Assembly: GCA_038496445.1 (NCBI GenBank)
Contig: JALMLS010000279.1
Coordinates: forward strand, 62,001-126,000
Origin: Trichosphaerium sp. ATCC 40318
Taxonomy: Eukaryota > Protista > Tubulinea
Length of the DNA: 64,000 nt
Reading direction: 5' to 3'
Shown here: positions 52,860-64,000 of the stretch, in pieces
How positions within the stretch are numbered: position 1 is the stretch's first letter
How the letters are laid out: every line of letters starts with the position of its first letter
Notes under the pieces: model-generated
Told to the model about the DNA's origin: nothing
Seen by the model: the letters and a program-made list of their open reading frames with translations, nothing else
The model's database searches: none
Translations under genes and position numbers: made by a program

Positions 52860-54528
52860 TCCACCTAAGACACATTAGACCGTAGGATTTCACAAACTGA
52901 AACTTACCTTTATCTGGATAGAATTAAATCGCTTTTATCTCTCTTCTAGTTGTAAGTGATCGATTTGTTTTCTAGAGGATTGCAAGAAAACAAGATAGTC
53001 CCTACAAGAACTTTAAAGCGTTTTATGCTTTGAAGTTGTATCACAAGAATTAGCCCAATCATCAACATCTTGGTCATTAATCGGCGTATCTTCCATGAGT
53101 GTATCTCGAATGGAATTGGAGCGTGCTACACCATTGTCTGTGATCTTTTTCAAAGTTAGAAGAAGAAAGGCAACGAAAAAAAATTGTACATATCACTTAC
53201 CGCATTGGATGGAGTACTGCGCTCGGGCGTTGGGTCACTGCTATGCACAGTACCCAATTTTGGGGAATTATGGCAAGTGCTTGCGTCGTGATTATAGATT
53301 GCGCCAGTGTTTGCGTCACAGTGTTCTTTGCTGCCAATAACCTCTTGTTTTTTGTTTCTCTTGAGTTTAGCAATTTCTTTTTTTAACCTCTTATTCTCTT
53401 GTTTTAAACTCTTATTCTCTTGTTCCAATCTGTCTAGTTTATCTTCAGTTGAGAATGAAGGATCCCTTTCATGGCTGTATTCCCGTGGAGTATTATTCTT
53501 TGACATAACAGTGATACTACGAGGCTTTTTGAACGATAATCTACATATAAAGTAAGAAATTCACACGTGAAACTACAACATAAAAAACTGATATTCTGTA
53601 CGCACTCATACACTTTATCGTTTTCGTGACAAAGGCGCTCCTTTTCTTCATCTGATAAGAACACGTGGATCTTGCCTTCCTCAAATAGCTTTCTCCAATA
53701 TTTTGATATGCAGTTCAGCTTGCCTCCCATGTATAGCATATAAAACTCAAACAACGTAGCTATGTGATCACCACAAGTTTTTTCACTACGATTTAGAATT
53801 AGTTGGTGTTCAAAGAGTTTTATACGCACTTTAAAGTTAAACTATCTCCTAAGTCCCACTTTGCTTTACTTTTCCTATTGGGAGATTCGTCATGATACCA
53901 TTCCAGCCAATTGCTTACTCCATCTGGTCTAACAGATTTCATTACCTTGTAGAGAGGCCACAACCGCTCTATACAAGTGCGAAGTCCTTTTTTGGTGCTA
54001 GGCCCTCGATAGAACCCAACCGGGATCGTTGTAGAGCACGTCCTACACTTTGAAGTGATCAGGACGTAAGAAGTTTCTTTTGGTCTATTGTTTAAACGTT
54101 AGGGTTCAGCGTATGAAGGGTATGACAATACGTACTGTCTTGCTGAAAGAGCTTCAGCAATATTTATCTTTCCGTCATTGTTTACTGCTAAACGCTGTTC
54201 ATAGCCAACCGGCTTTCGTTGTTTCTACGACATCAGGAATTAAAAATTGGCCAATAAACAAAAACTTGTACGTTTAGGTGTTGACACGTGACAAAGTCAA
54301 CTGGTTCTCCATTAGACAATTTAACTGTAACATTTAAAGGTCCAAGCTTCCCTGTCTCCGTCTAAAAGTTTATTAGGATTATCCAGATAAGCTGTTGTTG
54401 TACCTTATCTAATAGCTTACAAAGCAGAATATCCGGTGTTAGTTTAATGCCAAGAGGCGCTTTGTGCCGTTTCGCGTTTCTTGGGATGTTATCGTCAGTC
54501 AGAACCCTTTTTCTAGTTTCAGGGTTCA
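52860..54528 (-). CDS. Hypothetical intron-containing protein with NLS-like basic patch and coiled coil; 3' end uncertain
   Basis: Exons joinable by GT-AG introns. RKR/KRHK N-terminus, coiled coil LDRLEQENKSLKQENKRLKKEIAKLK. Confidence 0.5.
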
Positions 54529-54769
54529 TTTCGTCTGCAGCACTCAATGCGAAAGAAGTTTAATATTATTTGCTGTAACATTAAGCCAGGAACTCACGAA
54601 AAAGGCTCGCAGAGTAACCGTGACTTATGTGCTATCGATTAAGGACTCTTTGGAATTTTGACTTCAAATACTAGGTTTTTTTTCAACTGGGAGAAACCCG
54701 AATTTCTTTGCTCTTTTTGTCACTCACTTCGTAACAAGCACGTTCAAAAAATTAAGCAGCATTGCCAAG

Positions 54770-55217
54770 AAACTAAAGTACGTTTATTTTATGCATTTGG
54801 TTACCACACTTTTCATTTAAAAACGTGCCAAGTTCATATTTATTTATTACGAGATGATAGGGCTGACTTTAAAAAATATCTTTCAACTGCTTATTCTATT
54901 CGCAGCATGAAGGAAAATGTACATGAAAGCTTGTCAAAGCCTTCATACAATTGATCTTAGTTTTACTAAAGTGAGAGATGAAGCCATTAAAGCTTTAGCT
55001 GGAACTCATACAATTAATCTTAGTTTTACTAAAGTTACAGACGAAGGCATCAAAATTGGCTGGCGTTCATACCATAAATCTTAGTAGAACTCGAGTGACA
55101 GATAAAGGTCTCAATGTGTTGGCTGGCGTTCACACCATTTACCTTTATGAAACTCAAGTGACATATGAAGGCAGAAAAGAATTGCATGGAGTTCGTACAT
55201 TTAAACTTTCATGTTAG
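54770..55217 (+). pseudogene. Decayed intronless LRR gene (AGVHTINLS family)
   Basis: LAGTHTINLSFTKVTDEG, LAGVHTINLSRTRVTDKG and LAGVHTIYLYETQVT separated by frameshifts. No start codon. Confidence 0.75.
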
Positions 55218-55715
55218 AATAAAGTATTGTAGCTTTTACGTGAAGTCCATTCGCAAAAAAACATAAAATGAGTTTACCTGTCTTTATAGCCAATCAAAAA
55301 CTTTGTGGAACAAATGAAACATTGCTACTAACGCTATTCAACGGAGATTTGTTGAACGAGAATATAGTGTCTTTGCCAAGTGTCTATTCAACAAAGAAAC
55401 AAATCCTTTTTGTGTAACTAGAGGAGTTTCTTAGTGCGCTTAAGCATGGAGTATCTCAAGTTACTGAAACGTTTCACTACAGTTCTATTTCGTAAAATAT
55501 CGTATGGTTAGTTAAAGCGTTGAGCATACTGATAATGTGGTGTGGCTCTGTTACATCAAACCACCTTAAGCAGAATAGTCTTCTTAAGAATCTTGGCACA
55601 TGCCAAAGAGACTACCGATATCAAAGCCAGCTTTGCTAGCAGTTCAAGTCCTTATATCACAGTTAACCACTTACTTAAAACCGCAATGAAGTTGTTAAAT
55701 GTTGAGAAAGGTATA

Positions 55716-57928
<2,213 letters not shown>

Positions 57929-58360
57929 TATCCGTTGGTTTGAGAAGTATTGTTCGTCACTAAGCCAACCCAGATCCAGGCTTAACCTAATACTAGCAAA
58001 TTCATCTGCCGTGACATTGAAAAATACAGAATGGTATCTTTGGAACAAGATGTGCTCAAATACTCCAAGCATTTTATTATTGAGAATAAAAAGTCCAGGA
58101 TTGTTCAAGGTGCAGGGATGAGAAATTCTACTGAATCTGGAGCAAAATCCACTTGAGTAGATTTTGATACAGTTACCCCAAACACGCCACTACACTGTAA
58201 ATAAAAATTTTGTTGGCTCATAGCCAAACAAAGTAACATGAGACGCAAGTTAGGAAAAGTAGTTAAGATTTATTTGTCAAATTTTTTTTTTTTGTATTTT
58301 TCCGCTACGCTACAAAGTCTATTGATGCTCTATTGTGATGCGGAGCTAGCATTAGTTGAC

Positions 58361-61300
58361 CTATTCTGAGACTAAACACCAGGTGCTTTTGTTGAACTTG
58401 ACAGCAGAACTCGTCCTATCACCCCAGTCTACAATGACCATCAAAGATTTTGGCCAAAATCGTGAAGTGCGAATTACAGTGATGTTGTAGCAGATGCCTT
58501 CGTACAAAATATTCCAACAAGATCCAGATGTTACCTTGTTGATGATTGGCGCCATTACAAAGGCATCAGGTGCTACTACATTACTTCTTGTGTTGTAGGA
58601 CTTGAGAAAACAATTAATACTTCAAAAAAAATAGAAAAATTAAATTCACGAAAATACATACACGAGATAAGTTTGGCTTGTTGTCTTCAAGTGGTACAAC
58701 ATGTGTTGCCATAGGTATGACAGCATGAGGTGGTATTATTGGTTCTACAACATCTGTTGGCGGTTCCTAAAAATAAGTAAATTTGTGAGAAACAAAAAAA
58801 GAGAAAACATACCTCAGCTTCATTATCGCTGTCCAAGTTTAAACTTAACGCTCTCTCTGAAATCCAGGTCATTATTGAGTCATCACTCAACGAGATCACT
58901 GGAGAGCCATTAATACACAAATCCATGCTTTGAATAGAAGATGGGCTTCGTGTTGATGCTGGACTCAACAAAGACATTGGGCTGTTTGTTGTTGGAAAAG
59001 AAATACTAGAACTGTTGCTTTTAGGTGAATCACCAATAGACGCCAAACTAAACACGTTATTAATCAGAAAAAATCAAAAAAAAAAAAAGAAAAGAGGTGT
59101 ACTCAAGAGATGCAAATGGAGCGAACGATTCTCCAGAGGCAGTAGGTGCAATAGCAAATGCATTGCATCTATTAACAGTTAGTTGAGATGTTGTAATTGG
59201 TGTTCGTACACAGAGCCACTAAAAAAAAATTAATACACAAAAATTAAAACAAAAGTAAACGTACGTTGAACTTTGACTTTGCGACTCACTTTCGTCATCA
59301 CTAGAATACAAAATACGAGCTGGTCTTCTAGATTTCTTGACTGGTCGTTTTTTTGCGCGTAATTTGGCCACAGGTGCAACATCCGCTTCTTCTAAAAAAA
59401 AATAAAATAAAATAATTAAAAAAACCAAATACTTACCATGAATAGAAGAAATAGTGCCTTCTTCACGTATGTCTCTGGTATTTAGGCCCATCACAAACAA
59501 TTTAGCAGCAATGATATGTTTGCATATTTTGCCAAGCTGCACAAAATAGAAACAACCACACTTTTCATCAATAATGTCCACTGGATATTTTAAACCTAAA
59601 AGATGTGTTAATACTTACAAAAACATGTCAAAAACTAACCTTGAGTTGTAGCGGATTCAACCATAAAAAACCGATCTTCACCAGTTTGAGGTTCCAAAGC
59701 TTGTACACTGTCAGCGAGTACAAGAGCGCGAGCACGTGCATCCAGTTCTTCTCTCTTTCGCAGCGCCTTTGATTTTGGGATTATGTTGCTGTCTGTCGCT
59801 TCGATGTCACGTTGTACAACCAAGTGCTGCTGCAATATCGCAGGCATTATGCGCAAACACTTGGCAAGTCCAAAACGATAGCCACCAAAGCCTATGTACA
59901 CGAAAGTCAACAAACTTGCCATAACAATGACCAAAAAGAACTAAAAAGAAACCAAAGATGCTTTGTACAATTCTCCGAAGAATACTCAATGGAGAATAGC
60001 TACATGAAGAATACTCAATGTGTAGACAATACGAGCAATGTTGATTTAAAAAAAAGGAAAAAAAAAACCACGTGATAAAGTGTAAACGTACCGTATACCT
60101 TAATAAACTGTCTCCATTGTGTCTCCACTTTGTTGTTCGTATTCCAGAGACCGATACGGCACAAACGACCATAATCAGTCCAAGAATCAACCCAAGTGGC
60201 AGAAAACCTACGTATGGATTAAAGGTACGTAATATAAACAAAAAAAAACCAAAAACTATTAAAACGTACCAGTTTTTCTTGAAGTATAAGTACAGTTGGT
60301 TTGCAGGAGATATCTTTTTACCTGCTCCATCAGTGGTCCAATTGTTTGAGTTTGAGATGCACCATCTCAAAAAATCACTTTTCAATTGGTTTAAGTGTTT
60401 TTTGGATGTCGCACGCTCTAACTTGATAAGCTGGTCCATAGCACTGGTAAAATGGTTAGCGGCATTGTGTTGTGAAAAAAAAATCACAACACAAAAATCT
60501 CCCCAAACCCCAAAAAAACCGTACGCGTTCTGATGCTCTACCCTGAACAACTCACGTATCTTTTGACGCCATGTGGAGTGATAGTGGTATTGGCATAAGA
60601 TGTAGCGAAAGCCGACGCGCACTATAGCGGCCCTTTCAGCTGGATCTTTGTCTATCATCACTACCGGACTCCAAACGTGTACATGCGCGACTAGGTAAGT
60701 AAGGCATTAAGTTGTGATTTTATTTTATTTTCTAAAACTTACCTCTTATACTTTCAATGCGTCTCTTTACCACAGTAAGAAACGCTGTGATGTTCTCTTC
60801 ATGGGAAGAAGAAGCAATACACAGAAAAGCCAAGAAACCGCGACCAGTAGTTACATCTTCACATACCAAACCCCACACGGGGTATTTATTACTAAAGGTA
60901 CGAATTAGTAATACATTTTCAGAAAAAACCCCAATTTTGTTTTTTAATTTTTCTTTTTCAACCAAACGCATTTTACGCCAAAAAAAAAACCAAAAAATTT
61001 AAACCACGTGTTTTCGTACCAATTCAATTTGTACACTGAATCTAACCCCACTATTTCAGACCCATAGCGCGCAAGGATGGATAAGGACTCTGTGGTTGCG
61101 AATACAACCACAAAGTTTCCTTTACCATCTTTGGCTACAGGAAAGTTTTCTTTGTGCTTGGGGTATAAAATGAATGGTGCCATGGATTTGTCTGACAAAA
61201 ACGCATTCACCTCATCTATTGTGGTGACCGTACTTAAAAAAAAATTAATGTAAATAAAAATTATTTTCTGATATTGTTTTTTTTTGTACCTCGTTGTTGT

Positions 61301-62035
61301 TATATTGGCTCTGCCCCAAGTAGCAACCATTTGGCGTGAGATCCGCCAATTTGTTGCTTGCACCATAGTCATGAGGCCTTCGTTTACCAAATCTCGCTTT
61401 ATTTTTGGAATAGTGTTGCATACGAAAGAACCAGCGTTTAGGTTACCAAAAAGATTGGTGACTCCAAACTCATCTTCTTCCATAGCACGCAACCGACACT
61501 AAAATAGGTAAGTAGTAAAAAATAAAAGTAAGTACAGAAAAAAAAAAGACGTACAAGTACTTTAAACTGTACTTTAGTTAAAGGTGAACCAGGAACCATT
61601 CCAGGACTGTGTGAACCTTCAATGTACACAACAGCCGTGTGCTGGTTCGCACAGTAAATGATGATGGTTACCTTTACAGTGCAGGTTTTTGGTTCACAGC
61701 CATTTTTTAAAGCGCAGCACAGGCGCTCCTTGCACAAAAACCTGTCGGAGAGAGAATTTGCAGCAGGTACCTCATAAAAATCTCGGTACCTCTCTCCAAC
61801 AAATCGCGGATTGGAGAACTGTGGTCCTCCAGGTGCTGGTATTTTTCTGGTGCCTGGTCCAGCGCGAACACCGTATGGTTTCTTGTTAACCGTGCCGTAC
61901 AGAACCGGTTCCAGTTGACACTAAACGCTTGTTAGGATTCACTAATTAGATAAAATCTCGTACTCGAAGTATGCCAAGAGTAGGCCGAAGAAAAAAGTCA
62001 GGGAGGTCACCAACCTCCACTTCGTGTGTTAGCAT
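58361..62035 (-). CDS. MULE DDE transposase with N-terminal WRKY/GCM1-like Zn finger, SWIM finger and long C-terminal extension; multi-intron
   Basis: D1 IVGLDSVYK, D2 MIDKDPAE followed by LCQYH (CxxH), E in WNTNNKVE, SWIM CGCFYFVQLGKICKH. Confidence 0.88.
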
Positions 62036-62114
62036 TGGTTGTTGTATTTGTGATTGGGTTTTGGGCTAAAAACAACGAAATCTAAGATATTTTTAGCAAC
62101 CCAAAACCAAGAAA

Positions 62115-62148
62115 TGCACGAGAATCCACTGATGTGGATTCTCGTGCA
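62115..62148. repeat. Perfect inverted repeat (15-bp arms, 4-nt loop) inside the right TIR
   Basis: TGCACGAGAATCCAC-TGAT-GTGGATTCTCGTGCA. Confidence 0.95.
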
Positions 62149-62232
62149 CATTTAGTAGAATTTTAGTCGTCTGCGTTCAAGGTAGTTGGGTTGGTGTTAT
62201 ATACCAGATAATGTGAAACAGTTGTACATTGT

Positions 62233-63312
62233 TTACTGAAAGTCAAATCTCATTTTATAGCTTCTTGTTATTACTTTTACATTTCTTTCTTTAAGCGACT
62301 TTATACATTCTCCAGAAATTTTATGTAGATTTCCTTCCAACCATATTTCACGTAATCTAGATAATCCTTTAATACCTTTATCTGTTATGTCATTACAAGA
62401 AGTAATGTCTAACACTTCAACATTTGAAAGTGGAACAAGCCAATCATTTGTTGCTGTTGTGTACGACAGATCAATGGTGTGTGCACTTGCAAGGTATTTC
62501 ATGCATGTCCCAGAAATACCACAGCGAGTTAAGTTGATATTTTTTACACCCACAAGCATAGCAATGTAATCATCTGTTACATTTGTTTCATATAAATCAA
62601 TGGTATGCACACCTGCTATACTACCAAAAGATTTACCAGTGATACCTTTACACTGGCTCAAATTGATATTATGTACACCTGAAAGTGGTAAAAGCCAATC
62701 ATCTGTTACATTTGTTTGTGATAAATCAATTGTGTGTACGCCTGCAAGGTATTTCATACATGATCCTGTGATTGCCTTGCAACACAAAAGGTCTATGTTC
62801 TTAACACCTGCCAATGCTGAAACACCCTTATCAGTGACGCTTGTTTGATACAAATTTATGGTATGTACACCAACTAAGGCTGAAATACCTTTATCCGTTA
62901 CGGAGGTTCGTTCTAAACCAATGGTATGTACACCAGCTAATGTTGAAATACCCACATCTGTAATGCAGCTACAATACCCCAACTTAATGGTATGTACACC
63001 AACCAGTTCTGAAATACCTTTATCTGTGACTGAGGTGGCAAATAAATTTATATTGTGTAGCCCAGATAACATAGTCAACGCATCATCTGTAACTTTACAG
63101 TTTGACAGGTTTATACTTGGTATTCCAGCAAGTGTTTTAAAGCCAACATCTGTAAGGTGCTTCATCTCGCTTAAGTTAATATAATCGAGGTGTTTAGATT
63201 CTGGCAGATAGGCAAATTCTTTTTGCAATATCCACCCAAAGTCCAACGCTCGTACACACAAAGCTCCTTGTTTTGTGAACCCTGCATACACTACATATGT
63301 TTTACATCCCAA
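62233..63312 (-). CDS. Intronless LRR protein with about 12 AGVHTI(N/D)L..T.VTD repeats; 5' end may be decayed
   Basis: 359-codon open frame of regular 22-24-aa LRRs. The ORF begins at a non-ATG codon, and in-frame stops lie just upstream where an F-box would be expected. Confidence 0.75.
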   Translation of the reverse strand: MGCKTYVVYAGFTKQGALCVRALDFGWILQKEFAYLPESKHLDYINLSEMKHLTDVGFKTLAGIPSINLSNCKVTDDALTMLSGLHNINLFATSVTDKGISELVGVHTIKLGYCSCITDVGISTLAGVHTIGLERTSVTDKGISALVGVHTINLYQTSVTDKGVSALAGVKNIDLLCCKAITGSCMKYLAGVHTIDLSQTNVTDDWLLPLSGVHNINLSQCKGITGKSFGSIAGVHTIDLYETNVTDDYIAMLVGVKNINLTRCGISGTCMKYLASAHTIDLSYTTATNDWLVPLSNVEVLDITSCNDITDKGIKGLSRLREIWLEGNLHKISGECIKSLKERNVKVITRSYKMRFDFQ

Positions 63313-64000
63313 GTTACGTTGTCACTGTACGTTTTCCGCCCAGCACACAGCGATAAACAAAGATCAGTTCAACGATAAAAGAAACACTATTTGAGCATCC
63401 CTACTGCCCTAAACGCATCTAAAAATGCTTAATACACGTCCTTTTGTTTCTAGTTTGGGTTTTTAATTGTACATGGCACAAAGAATCGTTACTAATGTTA
63501 TTTATAACATGTACCTTGTGATGGTACAATTTTGGGGAGTAAAAGTGACTTGTGCCTGATTTAGGTTTTTGTTACCAGTTACGTGAAAACCAAAAGTCTC
63601 GTACTCTCGTACAACAAATGACCTGTAATTCCTTAAAACCATTCTATTAGCTAATGTACATGTAATTGGAGTGTGTCAGTACAAAAGGTAGAGTTTACAC
63701 TATAAAACAAGCAAAGTTCCTCCCAACCACATTACTTATGCATAAGAAACGTCACCAAATAGTTTTGATTACGCGAAATGACCGAAAATAATAGCTCAAA
63801 AAAAACGCTTTTACAAATAAAAGTTACTTTGGCGTTTGCCGTGTACGTGAGCTCATACAACATTTTTAGTATGCACAAAGTGATCTTGACGTACAAACAA
63901 CTAATTCAGTTTGCACAAACAGAATAAATAGAACTATTTCGTTTCCCTACGTACAGACTCCTTCAAAATTTCCAGAGATAGTTTTTTTGGATGTTTACAG

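Larger units (their letters stand above)
58112..62174 (-). mobile_element. Complete Mutator-like DNA transposon (MULE), 4063 bp
   Basis: Perfect 9-bp TSD GTTCAAGGT at 58103-58111 and 62175-62183. GCAG...CTGC termini. TIRs 40/60 identical without gaps (hand alignment). Internal transposase gene. Confidence 0.92.

Noticed and set aside
58112-62174. Fanzor/TnpB cargo in the MULE
   Set aside because: No RuvC motifs or terminal Zn-finger arrangement were found, and all exons fit one transposase gene.
62387-63184. Plus-strand ORFs with MVCTP repeats
   Set aside because: Antisense shadows of the LRR gene.

Overview
AT-rich (roughly 35% GC by eye), gene-dense eukaryotic genomic DNA with many short (mostly about 40-130 nt) spliceosomal introns. 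This is most consistent with a free-living protist (amoeba-like is an inference; taxon not determined). The ORF track is fragmented by introns, so genes were re-assembled by hand and outer coordinates are approximate unless stated. Recognisable genes: SMYD-type SET methyltransferase, MED21, a Ser/Thr kinase, PHOSPHO-family HAD phosphatase, F-box/LRR proteins, a DcsG/RimK-like ATP-grasp-SAM fusion, an LD-motif/calpain-III protein, eIF4A, PDAT/LRO1, two tandem metzincin-(CBM6-like)x3 paralogues, an acyl-CoA synthetase plus its relics, a secretory glutaredoxin, an arylsulfatase and a type-B carboxylesterase. There is also a complete 4063-bp Mutator-like transposon (perfect 9-bp TSD, intact DDE transposase) whose divergent TIRs are each internally palindromic with compensatory changes. 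The best candidate for an undescribed system is a gene at 7148-10023: six ~70-aa FW/WY/YP helical repeats with periodic intron positions, fused to a C-terminal PD-(D/E)XK (Vsr/RAP-like) nuclease fold. Window-wide oddities are strong (RT)CACGTG enrichment and frequent GC donors and AAG acceptors.
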